The position numbers and the translations under genes are program-made. A DNA stretch of 64,000 bases from Microthyrium microscopicum (Eukaryota): assembly GCA_010405405.1 (NCBI GenBank), contig MU004230.1, positions 3,506,627-3,570,626 on the forward strand, given 5' to 3'. Shown in pieces: positions 47,901 through 61,492 of the stretch. Position 1 is the stretch's first letter. Each line of letters starts with the position of its first letter. The notes under the pieces are model-generated. The model worked only from the letters and a program-made list of their open reading frames with translations. It searched no databases and was not told where the DNA came from.

Positions 47901-50900
47901 TAGCTAGTCTTTACTAGATCTTTTCCTTAAGATAGTTTACTACCTTCTCTAGCTTCTACTTATTATTAAGTTTTGCTACCTACTTATTATAATTTAGCTA
48001 GTTATATTTTAGAATATTTAGTTCTTTCTCTTGCTAAGCTTAATTGCTCGCATTTATTTCTTTTACTAACTAATACTCTTCTCTATATTCTCTAATTAGA
48101 TTTAGGTAGGAGTTAGTTATTAAGAAATACTTTTTAGTCTATATATATTATACTAAATATAAATAAGTTAAGTTAGCTACCTTTTGCGCTTTATATATAG
48201 AATTATAGTAATTATTTTATAATTATTTATTATTTGTACTTAGTTTAATAAATAAGCTCTCTAGGAAGTCTCTTAAGAGATCCTTTAGCTAAAGTACTAT
48301 ATTAGTTTTTAGCGTAAGTTATTATTGCTTAGTAGTATCTACTAGATCTACTATTTTTAATAGTAATGTTAAAATCTATTAATATATCTTTATATAGTAT
48401 TTATCCTTATAATCTTAGAATATCTTATTATAAAGTATAGTATAAAGGAAATAGAGTAATTTAATTTAAAGAAGTAGGGTATGTGCTAGTAGGTAAATAA
48501 TTTATCTCTTTCTTAATTAAATATTAGTACCTACTTAGAGAGGTTACGCTTAGATCCTTAGATCTTTAAAGCTAAATATTTTGTTAACTCTTTACTAGCC
48601 TTCTTAGGAGGTAATTATAACTTTTAAAATTAGAAGCTCCTAATTACGTTTAAATACATAGAAGTAGTGACTTTATTTCCTATAGTAAGAGATCTAAAGC
48701 TAGCTCCTAGGTTATTAAATTCTTAAAGGTTTACGTTATTAAGTTAGACTTTTATTTGCTCGCTAGTATTGATTATATTCCCTTATAAGTATATTGTTAA
48801 AATCTAGCTTCCTTAATTTAGTATATTTAAATTCCTATTATATAACTCTAAAGAAAAAGCTATTATTAAATAGATAGAGGTATAGAGTATTAGAATTTTA
48901 TAGCTAAGCTATTCTATAGATAATAAAGGTTATTATTAGGTCTCTAAGATAGTATAGGGAGTTAACTTTATTCTTTAGGTTCTATAGGGTCCTATATATA
49001 TTTTGCTTAGTTAGAAATAGTATATTTAAAGGCATAGTAGCGCCTAAATTAGCTATATAGCTTTTCTTAAGAAAATATATTACTATAGCTCTTCTTAAGA
49101 ATCTTTACTGCTACGTTTAGCTAAACTATAGATATTAAATAGTATCCTAGCTAATTATAAATCTATTAATATTTGTAATATAAAGGTACTATGTTTAAAC
49201 TAATAGAAGCATAGGGTTATTTATATACTTCTTAGAATATTATATTTAGAATATCTTCCTCTACTAGGAGTATAGAGATATTTGCATACCTTTTAGAATA
49301 TTATACTTAGAATATCTTCCTCTACTATAGAAATATAATCTCCTCTACTAGGGTGTTATTAAACTAATAGTAGTACTTCTAGTTATTTTAGACGTATCTA
49401 GTCTTATAGAAGAATGCTTTATCTTAAGTTACGTTATAGAAGATCTATTAATCTTTTACTTTCTCTATAAGTCTTTATAAAGTATTTATATCATTTCATC
49501 CCTAGGTTCTATCTTTACTAGGTACTTTATAGCCCTATTATTAAATAGATAGGCGTAGTTTATTATATTTTCTAAGTACTTAGGATTTATTCTATCTTAG
49601 TATACGTTAGAGTATATTTAAACTTATAGTAAATATATATATAGCATTTTTGCGTTTCTATAAGGAGTAGTATTATAGAATAAATACTCCTTTATATAAT
49701 ACTTAGTATCGTCTTAGCTATCTATCTAGAGAGTAATATTCTAAATTATATATTATAAAAGAAAAGTATTATATTTTAGTATTTATCGTAGTGTATTTAA
49801 ACTAATAGTAGTAGTTTAACTCCCTATAGTCTAGAAATTTCTTAATAATCTATTAAAGTAGAAAACAGCTTACTAGCCTTATTATTAAATAGATAGGTGT
49901 AGGCAATTTACTAGGCTAGGATTTTCTTTTAACTAGTTTTCTAGTCTAGTTATCGTATAATTTAAATCTTTCTATAGAATAGGAGTAATAGTTTAATAAT
50001 AGATATATATTTTGCTAGTTAGCTACCCTTACTAGTAACTTACTTATTATAGTTCTTACTTAGCTTACGCCTTAGGAGCTAAATATATCTAATAGCTCAT
50101 TATATAGAAATACTAATCCCATTTTACGAACCTTCTTACTTACCCTATTTAAATTTAGCTTATAATAATACTAATATTCTAGGTTATTATCCTTCTTATT
50201 ATTTAGGCTAGATTGTTTAGATCTTTATGGCTACTCTTATCTTTATTTAGGAACTTCCTTATCTTTAAGCTCTTTAAACTCTAGTAGCTACTCTTATTTT
50301 AATACGTTCTACTAAATAGGTATATTGCTTTGTAATCCCTTTATTTATTCTTCTAGATCTTCTAGAATCTAAGGAAATTCCCCCTTTTTTAGATAGATCT
50401 TTAGATTATCTAAGTATTATCGTATATCTTTATAAGTTTAACCTAGGAAGATTCCTTTTATTATAACTATCTAGCTATTATCGTTAAGAGACTCTACTAT
50501 ATAGGGCCTAGCTTATCGTAGCTAAAAGGCTTAGCTTCTTTATTTATCTAGATAGACTTCCCTTATAAGCACTAGATTTCTTAGCTTTATATTATTATTA
50601 CTTACTAGAAGGTTTTTGCTAAAGTGTTATATTACTTTAGTAGAGCGATTTTCTATAGTGTGCTCTCTAATTTTATCTAGCTAGGCTAGCCTTATTATCT
50701 AATTTACTTAAGCTACTATATTAAGCCTTAATGAGTTAACTTCTTCTTATAAACCTAGGTCTATTACTAATTGCCTAAGTTCCTTATTAACTATAAAGTC
50801 CTATGTTCTTTAAGGTTAAAATTTGTATAATAGTATTTTAGATATATATTCTTCTACTTTTAATAGTCTGCCTACTAGTATTTTAAACTACTAGTTTACT

Positions 50901-53900
50901 ACTTTATACTAGTACTTTAGCTATTTAGGATAATTAAGGATATATTTAACTATTTCTACTTTAACTATATAGACTAGCTTTTTAATAAAACTAGTAAAAG
51001 AAGGATAATATAGTAAACTAAAGAATATCTTTATTGCGTTAAGCTTAAGCTTATTTATAAACTTTCTATTCTAGAATTAGGCACTATTATCTAAGAAAGT
51101 AGTTAGTAGATATCTAGCTTATAAAAGAACTTTTTTATAGAATACTTTTTAGATATAAATACCTTTACATCTTAGTATAGCTTTACTAGTAGGGAATTAT
51201 ATAGCATAGTTCTAAAAGACTATAACGTATCTATTCCCTTTTTTTAATATTAAGGAAATTAGACCTAGTAAGTTAAAAGAAATATAGTCTTAAGGTTATA
51301 GCTATAAAATTAAGGTTAAATTCCTAATATGCTACTTAAGTCTAGATAGTTAATAAGTAAGATATTTCTAAGTATATTACTAAATATCCTAAATTCATAA
51401 GGGCTAATAATATCTTTTAATAATAGACTAGAGAGTTTTGTTTACTACCTAATATCTATATATATTATAAGTTTTTCTAAGTACTATATAGAGCTAATTA
51501 CTAAGAATGTAATAAGCTAGCTCTCTATTTCTTTTATAGTAAGCTAAGTAAGGCTTAGGTTCCTAGATAAGTTAAAAATACTTTACTTAACGCGCTAGCT
51601 TTTATTAGACTTATTTAAGTATATTTTTACTTATTCTTAAAGTTTATTACATTTATCTAGTTAGGAGAAAGAAAACCTTCTTCTTATACTAGGGATCTAT
51701 TAGCTAGTTATCCTAAGACTTAAAATCTTTATTTATCTTCTCCTAAAGATCCTTACTTTCTAGTTCTTAAGGATATAAATATTTAGAAAGAGTTCTAGAT
51801 TTATTAGCAACTATATTAACTTTAAAGGCTTTATATATTTTAGTATTATATAGGGCTAGATTACTACTAACTTAAGATAATCTATCTATAATAGCGATAT
51901 TCTTCTTAGGGATATATATAATTTTTAGATTATACTTAAGTAGTTATTACTTTTAGGAAGCAATTTAGGCTATGCTAATTGTATCTTCTTAAATAATTTA
52001 AATAATAGTAAAGTAGTTAGTATAGGTTATTACTAGAAATTAGGTACTAATAAAGAGCTAACTTAAATATTCTACTGCTTTTAATAAGGCTAGTACCTCT
52101 CTCTTTGTAGTCTTATAGTTTCTCTTAGTATTAGAGAATTGTGCTAAATAAAATAGGACTAGGGAGTATTCTTTAATAGGAACTTTATTTTCTATAACTC
52201 TTAGAGGGTAGTTAGGAAGCTAGAATAAATATTTGCTATATCTTATCTTAAATACGTTAGTACTAAGGTAGTATTGTAGATTTAGATTCCTACTTTTCCT
52301 AGTCCTTATAGTAATTATGTCTTTTACTCTCTAGAATACTTTTTATTGCTCTACTTTCTATTTAAAAGATCTAACTTCCTTTTATATCTAATACTTTTAT
52401 ATAACTAGGTCTTAGACTCTTTTTCTAATTACTATAGTAGCTCTCTTAAGGATCTAAGTTAATTCTAATCGCTTAGGAATTCTATCTTATAAAAATAGTA
52501 GTATATAATTAAATTACTTAACTTGCTCTTAGTTTATAAATATAGGATATTTTATAATTACTTTAATTTTAATATTATCTAGTTTAATCCCTTTCTAACC
52601 TATTTACATACTTAGGACGTAGATTAAAGAGTAGGTAAAAGAATATTTATTTAGGTTAAATATAAGCTTTACCTAAGCTATATAAGGGAAGTAATGTTTA
52701 TATAAAAACTTAATTATTATATCTATGTCTTCTATACCTCCTATATCGTTATCTATAAAGTTAACTATTATAGCTTTATTATAATAGTCTAGAAGTAAAG
52801 GTTCTAGGCTAAGAGCTAGTATAGAACTAAATATAAAATCTTTTAACTTTTAATAGGTCTTATAAGTATTTATTAGCCCTTATCCTATATAAGTCTAGGC
52901 TATTTAACTATATATTATATTAAAAACTATTTTATAAATATTATCTATATAGATATCTACTAACTAGTATTTGTTAGCTATATCTATCTTAAAAAATGTT
53001 TTATAGTTAGGCTTATAAAGCTTATTAAGAATAAGCTTGCTTTACCTTATTAGATAATAGCTTTTAATAGTTGCTACGTTAACTAGTTAAAAATTATAGG
53101 TCTATCTATTTATAGACTATATAAGCTTATGCTTATATTCTTTCTTAGGTACTAATTATTCTCTTATAGCCTAATTTAAAATATAGTATATTATAATTAT
53201 TACCTCTAGTAGCTTTAGAATAACTATTATTTAGTAGGCTTTATCTTTCTCTATTAGAATCTTAAGTAGTACTACTTTTGGTATAGCTTCTAAGTAAGTT
53301 AGGATATAATATATAATAAGATTTATTATCTAGATATACTTTAATAATTTAGTAAAGAGATCTCTCTAAGTATATAGTATATAGTAAAGCTTCCCTTACT
53401 ATATACTAGTTATTAGTATACTACTAATAAAGCCTAGGCTTACTTTAATCTAGGCAAAGATCTAGGCTATAACTATGCCTTTAAGCGTACTTAATATTAG
53501 GTACTAAGAATCCTTAGGCTAATAGTTAGTAGAAAATTTTAGTACTACTTATTTATATACTTTATTATATATATATACTAGTGCTAGACTAGTAGGAAGG
53601 ATTAGTTTTACCTTATTAACTTTTAATAGAGATTTATAGAGTAGGTAAAGCTCCTTATACTAATAGCGCTTTTTTAATAGATTAAGCTACTTCTCTTTCT
53701 CTTAATATAAGATCTCCTTTAAGATTATAGTTTTGTCTTTTACTACTATATTAATAGATCTAGACTTTTTTCTACTAATTACTTCGTTAAGGTAATATTT
53801 CTATATTCTTTGTAGCATATTACTAAGATATAGAGGTTTTAGCTATTTAATTTACTATTTTGGTCCTATTCTTATTATATTCTTAGCTATAGGGTCTACT

Positions 53901-56900
53901 ACTATATCTACTAGTAGTGCTTTTACTCTTTATAATTTAGTTATATTAACTATTAACTAATATTTATCTAGTAAGGATTTTACTAGAAGTTTATTAAGTA
54001 GTTAGTATAGTAGGATCTACTTTATTATAGTAAGATCTTAAGGATTTATTCTCTCTAGTACGTAAGTTAATTTATAAATAAAAGAAGCTTCTTTCTAGCT
54101 AGGCTTTTCTTCTTCTTAGGAGTAAGTCCTATCTAGTATAAAGTTAGTTACGTATAGATCTTCTAGGTCTTAGGTAAAGTCTATTTCTAAAGCTATGTTT
54201 AAACTAATAGGCGTAGTTAGATTCTTAATTTCCTTCTTATAGTCTTCTCTTTCTTTAAGTATTTTATTAGGGTCTATAATAATAGTATAGGTTAGTATAA
54301 GTAATAGGTTCTTACGTCCTAGGGCTAATTTATTTTAATATTATTAGGAGATATATAAATTAAGTAGGTTTAAACGTATAGGAGTAGCCTTCTAGGATTT
54401 ATTCTCTTTTAATACTACTTAAGTTAATCTTTATGCTAGTATTATTCTATTTTTAAGGTTAGTATCTAGTCTAAATTTAAAACTTATCTACTTTCTAAAA
54501 TTCTATAGAAAATCTTATAAGATCTAGGTTATTATTAAAGGAATAGGTATAGTTTAGCTTTCTAGATTAGTATTCTCTTTTTTACCTAAATTACGTTATA
54601 ATAATAAGTTTTAAGAAGCCTTAATTATTAAAGATTTTAAAATCTTTATATCTCTCTAATACTTTAGATAATATATGCCTATTACCTATATATAGTCCTA
54701 TACTAGTTTTTTAAGTTCTTTAGGAAGAAACTATCCCTTCCCTTATAAGTTCTTTAAGCTAAGCTATATAGTTTAGGTAGCCTTAAGTATAAGATATTTT
54801 GTATTAAGGTTATTAGTTAACCTTAACGTCGTTAGTATAGTAGTATCTATTAGATCTTGCTAATCTAATAGGCTTAAATTATTTTTATAATTTATAATAG
54901 AAATGTTACTTTTATAGTTTTGTAATATTTCTAATTACTCTACTAAATCTATAGTAAGATTAAGTAAAGGAGCTTAAGTAATTAGATCCTTTTGCTAAGT
55001 AGATTTTTCCTTAGCTTTTAGAAATAGTATATTTAAACTAATAATAGTAGAGATTTGCCTATTTTATATATTTAACTTTTTCTTTGCTAAAGAAAAGATT
55101 AGAATTTATAACTAATCCCTTATTCTTCTTTTTCCTAATTCTTTAAGCGATAGAGAGAGTATATTTAAACTATTAGCAATAGGTTCTAAGTAATATCTAT
55201 ATAAGAATGCTTATCTAATAGATAGATACTACATATTATTTAGTCCTAGTATAAAGAGTTCCTAGTATGCTAAATTCTATAAAGGATTAGATATACTTAA
55301 ACTTATAGGCAACGCCTCTAGTAGGTCTATATAGAGCTAATCTTCTAGTATATATATAAGGTCTTAATAAGGATTTTGTAATAAGTCTTTATTTAACTCT
55401 TTTATAAGTATATCTTTTTTGGCTACGTTTAAAGGGATAAGAGCACTCTTAGGCCTAAAATTAACGCTACTAAATTCTACTTTATAAAGAGGTTCTCTAG
55501 TAACTAACTATATATAGCTTTCCTTTACTAGTTATTTATCCTAATTATAGAGGATGACTATTAGCTAGTTAATACTTAAGCTTTTTAGAAGCTTTGTAGT
55601 TAAATATATTATAGGCAACTTTTCCTATTACTTTATATGCTATGACTTTCTTTCTCCTTATCTATCTAGGTATACTCTAAGCTATACTAAAGACTTCTTT
55701 TTAGATAATAACTTACCTATATTTAAATATATTCTCTTAATTAGGCTTATTCTATTTAGTATACTTAAATATATAGATAATAAATATTATTATAATTAGG
55801 CTCCCTAGCTAAGTAAAAAGTCTAAGGAGATTTATACTAAATAACTAGGAATCTCTTATATTACTAAATTATTAGGGTAGTAAGCTTAAGTTATTATAGA
55901 GGAAGAAAATAAGTATAAGTAGTAGTTATATAAATTTATTAAATATTCTTAGTATACTACTTCTAGATAAGACTTATAATTATATATTTCTTTATAGTTA
56001 ATATTGTTAAGGTTAATATAATCTTTAGAACTAGTCTTTTGCTTAATTTCCTCTTCTCTTCTAGACTTAAGACTACTAATGCTTATATACTTTATAATTA
56101 TGCTATATATCGTACCTATAGTAAAAGTATATTTTATAAATAAAGTACATATATAAGGCCTTATATATTTAGATATACTAGTAGTCTTTAGAGTATCTAT
56201 TAGTAAAGTGCTTTTAAAGGCTATTAAATAACCTTTATTAGTATATCTTAAGTTAACTTTAGAGCGCTAATTAATAGTGCCTTTATAGCTTTATAATTCT
56301 CTTTGCCTAAGTTTTAGATTAGGACTTATTAATAAACTTTATTTATAACTCTTATTAGTTCCTTATTATCTACTAAGTAAGCGTAATATTTAGCATCTAA
56401 GGCTAGGCTAATCTATTAAACTACTAATAAAAATTATAGGAAGACTTTCTCTACTAATTTATAAATTAAGAAGACAAGTTTGTCTACCTAAGGAAGTAAA
56501 TCTCCTAAGGTAACCTATATTTTAGGCTCTTTTCTCTTTGTCTTATTATAATAATAAAAATCTAGGGTAACTTAATAATTCTTCTTATTAACTACTATAG
56601 GAAGCCTATACTTACTCTACTTTAGTATATCTATACTTTTAGACTAATAGAAACTTAAAAGAATACTATAGCGAACTATTTTTAGGATAAGATAGTATTA
56701 GACGCTATAAATAGTACTACTAATATTAAGAATAATCTTTACTCTTATATTTAGAGTAGATTAAGAGCTACTAGCAAAAGTAACGTATATTAGCTTAAAC
56801 TCTTACTTCTTAAGACCTATCTTCTTAGCTATATAAATATTAATAAGGTTTATAGTAGAGCCTTTATTTAGAAAAACTTTATATAAAATATATTCTTTTC

Positions 56901-59900
56901 TAGCTAGTGTAGTAATATGTACCTAAGTATAGAAGATATATCTTAATACGTTAGTATCTAGGACTAAATAATTATGCAAAGTATTCTTAGTAATAGCCTT
57001 TATTAATTACTTATTAGTATTTATAAAGTTTGCTCTATATACTATATTTAAAGTATCTATCTAATCTTTTTTTACTATTAGTATATAATAATTAGTATTA
57101 GCTAGGGTTACTTATAAGAAAGTTAGGCTTTAAATATACCCCTTAGTAGTAGGAATTACCTTCTTAGGCTAGGCATTATATATTACTATTTACTCCTTTA
57201 TTTAAGCTTTATTTTCTTATTAGATCTTGTCTTTATAAGACTAAGTTGTAAGAGAGATTACCTTATCTTACTATAATGCTATACCTAGCTATTAAGTAAG
57301 GTAAAGAGAGCAATTTATAATATCTCCTACTATAATGCTATCTTTTAGGCTAATAAGACGCCTAAGTAAGATCTTAGTAATATCTATAGGGCCCTTCCTC
57401 TCTATTTCTTTAAGGGGTTAAAATTTTAGAATCTTAGTACCTTTAAGGAACTTAAAATTATTATCTATATCTAGGTCTTAATTATCTAGTTAGGCCTAGG
57501 TTTTATAAGGGCGTAGATTTTTATCCTTATTATTATTAATATTATGTTAAGTACATTTAATTATATTAGCTAAAGTAGTATTTTTAAATTCTATACCTTC
57601 TAGCTATAAAGTTAACTTACTAGCTTTATCCTTACTCTAGCCTAGACTAAAAGTATTTATACTATTAACGTACTTATGCTAGGTAGGCTTTTCTTAATCT
57701 TTATTATTAATATTATAGAATCTATCTCTAATCTTAGGTCTCTAAACGCTAGGGTAATGATCTTTAATAACCTTATTTACTTCTTACTATAATACTTATA
57801 CTACTACTATTATTAGAGGATTTATAAGAGTAGGATAGTTTAGAGGAGGTTACTACTATTAGCTATTAAGTTGTTCTCCTTAATAGCAAGTTAGATAGTT
57901 ACTCCTTTTTATACCTAGTACGCTATAACTAAAGTAAGTTAATAGTTAGCGTTTACTAGTACTATAAGAATTATAATAATCTAATTAGTTTTAATTATCT
58001 AGATAGTTATAAGTATTACTAGAAGGTCTTAGCTAGCTAACTCCTTATAGCGTAGGTAAAGCTAATATTAGAGGATTTAGATCTCTCTAGTACTATTATC
58101 TATTATTAGCTAGCTATATAGGGTAGCTTCTAAGTCCTTACTAGAAATAGATTAGTTAATACTATTACTAAAGCTATATATATCTCTACTAGCCTTCTAT
58201 CTAGTTAGGCTAGCTACTTTAGTTATATAGAGGCTAAGAATTATCTATTTAGGTATTCTAGTTGTTTTAAGAACGATTTTGTTTTAGCTATAGTTATAAA
58301 GCTAAAGTTAGTGTTATTACTACTTATCTTAATAAGTTAGCTAGATCTTAAATTTATAAGTTAGTACGTAATTAGTCTTTAGCCTTAACTTTTCTAGGTA
58401 GGTAAGCCTTATTAAAGACGTAAGTAATAAACTCTATAGCTTTCTTAAAGGTAATATTATAGTACTTTACCTAGTTAGAGTAATGGTTAACTATAGTTAT
58501 CTCTTTATAGTTATAAACTATATTAGAATAAATATTTTAGTTATATAACTTCTTAATAATACAAGAGAGATTATAAAACTTATTAATATAATTATTAATA
58601 GGTATAGCTTCTTTAACTATAGTCTTAGCCTTCTCTAAGGTATTAGAGATTAGCGTTTGATTTTATTTATTTATCTTAATAGTTAAGATTTGTATAAAGT
58701 TATTATATATATAGCCTTAAGTAATATTATATACTTAGTTTTATTCCTAGATAGGTAAGGCAAGGTTAGTAACTATAAGGCCTTTAGTAACTTTGTCTTC
58801 TAAGTCTTTAATCTCTTTATTAGAACCTTAATTAAAACTATTATTATAAAGTAAGATTTTAGCTAATTAATAATAACTACTAGCATAAGTCTAAATATCT
58901 TAGTTATAGAGGCTATTAAATTTATTAATTAGGGTAGATCTAGTAAATAAATAGATTAAAGAATCTAGATTACTATACTAGCTTATAGCATAGGTGCTAC
59001 CTTAATCTCCTATAATAGAAGAAGTAGTAAGAAATTGTTTATTAAATTTGCTATCTAAAATAGATAATATAGGTAATTGTTTCCTTTTCCTAAAAGAAGA
59101 AACTAAAGGAGATCTTTTAGGAAACGCTAGTACTTTAACTTTAGCTAGTAGGCTAAAGTTCTACTTAGAATAGTATAAAGCGTACTATTAGTATTATTTA
59201 TAAAAGGTTCTAGAAGGGTAAGTAGCCTTAATTACTATAATGCTAGAAAATAAAAACTTAGATATATTTAGTAAAATAGATATATAAGGACCTTAGATTT
59301 TTATTAGTAATAATAATAGAATCTATAAAGGCCTTTTAGGCGTAGTTACTAAGAGATTAACGTCTAGTAGAGCTAATAATGCTCTCTTTTAAATAGGAGT
59401 ACTAGGTTAGAGAAGTAATAAATCTTGTTAATAGTTTTTAAACTATAGTTAATAACTTTAATCTAGGCTAAATAACTCTTCCTCTTTATTTATTCCTATA
59501 CTACTTAAAACAACGAGCTAGCTATAGTAGTAATAAGAAGTAAGAAGTTTCTTAGGGCTAACTTTAAAAAGTAAAGTAGTATAGTATTAAATTAAATTAA
59601 TAAGCGTAGGGGTAATGTGTATAAAAGTATAATAAATAGAGGTAATAAAGATTAAGAGAAGAAGAAGTCCTTAAGGCCTTCTAATCTTAGCCTAGTAGTT
59701 ATAAAGTAAAAGCATAGGCTAGTAAATAATCTAACCTAAAGAAGTCTTATTTATAAGATGCTCTTAATAAGGAAGTTATAATAGTAGGCCTAAATTATAA
59801 AATAATAGCTTAGTAATTAAACTTGCGCAAATTTAAAAATCTTGCCTACTAGTAATTTAATTATAGCGTTATCTATAAGTTTAATAGTAACTTTATTCTA

Positions 59901-60388
59901 GCTAGGAAGTTAACTATAATATTAAAAATTAGACTACTTATAATAAATAACTAGCGCATAGCTATATATCCTTACTATACGTAGAAACTATTATTTTGCG
60001 TAGTAAGAACTACTCTAAAAGTATATAGTTAAACTAATAGCAATAGAGGTACTAATATTTTACTAGCTTAGTTGCTTTTTACTTTCTTATTATATTTTAA
60101 TAGTCGCTATATTCCTTATAGATAATTACTATCTATTAATTTAAATTTAATGCTTTAGGTATACCTAATAGTTTAATAATACCTATAGCTATTTATTATT
60201 TTATATTAGCCGCTATAAGCGCGCTAAATCGTCTAGAATTACTTTTTATTAGCCTATAGCTAGTATTTGTTTTATATTAATTCGTCGTTTATCTAATAGC
60301 TTATTCGTCATTAGAGCTCATTATTTATTATCTAATTATATTACTTAATTACGTAAGGTTTAGGAAGTTTATAGTTTAGCTCCTAATT

Positions 60389-60630
60389 TGATAATATGTA
60401 AACCTCTAAATAGGCTAGCGCTTTTACTATGCGTTTAAATATATATTATAGAATCTAGAGGATAAGAGGATATAAATTAGATATAGAAGACGTACTCAAT
60501 TTAGCTATATAACGTATATCTTAATAATTAAAGTAAGTTAAGATCTTGCCTATTTTTGTGCCTTTAGACGTAGTCCGCGCCATTAGGTCCGTACAGTGCC
60601 AAGGACCATGGGTTAGTAATCTAGCTATCA
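60389..60630. repeat. LTR (5' LTR of the minus-strand element)
   Basis: TGATA...TATCA termini; colinear with 44663-44904; followed by ACGT. Confidence 0.93.
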
Positions 60631-61345
60631 ACGTCAACAGCTGTTGATGACTTGAAAGTTAAGGTGGGCAAGCTTAGACAATATGGTACTAAAGAATTAA
60701 CTAGTGCAGTCGCAACCTGCATGTCGTCGTACCTTCTTCTTCCAAGGTTTAACATTTATGGTTTGCCAACTAGAGTACTTCTTCTTCCATTGATATTCTA
60801 ACCTAATCTTGGGGTGCTACCGCGTACACTTGATACTTCTCTTTCCACATCTTGAGGCTCTGGAGCGCCTATCATTCCGACACAGTCATCATATTCCATA
60901 CTCATTCTAGAGTACAACCGAATGTCTTACTCTTCCAAGTCATCACCAGCCATGAACCTCACCAGCCACCTGCAAGCTTCCTGATTCCTATAGGATCTTG
61001 AGTATCAAATCATGCATTTTACCTACTATATCAAGCACTTGATGCCCGGTTTCATGGATACCTGCCCCTGGCCCTGCTTTGATCGTTTATTCTGACCAGA
61101 AAAAACCTGGTGCCATTCAGCCCATTCACCGCTTGGGCCTACACAGCTATCCGGACCCTCCGGCAACAATTTATTGGCATTATTATTGCTAACAACTCCG
61201 TCACCATTCCCGAAAGTCTCAGTGCACCCCAAAAAGCTTGCCTCAATCCAACTCGTATAACTTGATCCCAAGCCACCTGCAACGTTGTCTCTGTAAAAGC
61301 ACTGCGGCTCCCACCCAACGGTCCGTCTTACCCAGCTAAACTGTA

Positions 61346-61492
61346 CCGTTTTTACCCTTTCAGTTGGGCCACGGTAGCGCGGTTTTTTAGGCGAGGTTTG
61401 TCCGTGAGCGATAGCGAGTCACTGCCTAAGTTCAGAGCGCCACCAGCAAGAAAAAGCGCGCTACCGTGGCCCAACTGAAAGGGTAAAAACGG
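61346..61492. mobile_element. 147-bp MITE (Tc1/mariner superfamily type)
   Basis: Perfect 36-bp TIRs CCGTTTTTACCCTTTCAGTTGGGCCACGGTAGCGCG (61346-61381 and 61457-61492), flanked by TA on both sides. Confidence 0.92.

Larger units (their letters stand above)
44663..60630 (-). mobile_element. Full-length, heavily RIP-mutated Ty3/Gypsy LTR retrotransposon (15,968 bp)
   Basis: Two 242-bp LTRs and a 4-bp ACGT TSD. Minus-strand relics in RT-RH-IN order: FKIDIANKY* (DAANGYW), YIG*GL (RMGQGL), FIDNDIGG..FLYKHYFP (FxDD) at ~52650-53000; RNase H LQYYLSTNV and RNYKTTKREVLALL at ~52050-52280; integrase-like region ~50500-51300. Confidence 0.92.

Noticed and set aside
60370..60388. Primer-binding site of the Gypsy element
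   Set aside because: Too RIP-mutated (AATTAGGAGC..) to assign a primer tRNA or self-priming mechanism.
60634..60647. 14-bp palindrome TCAACAGCTGTTGA beside the TSD
   Set aside because: Single instance, plausibly chance; there is no evidence it guided the insertion.
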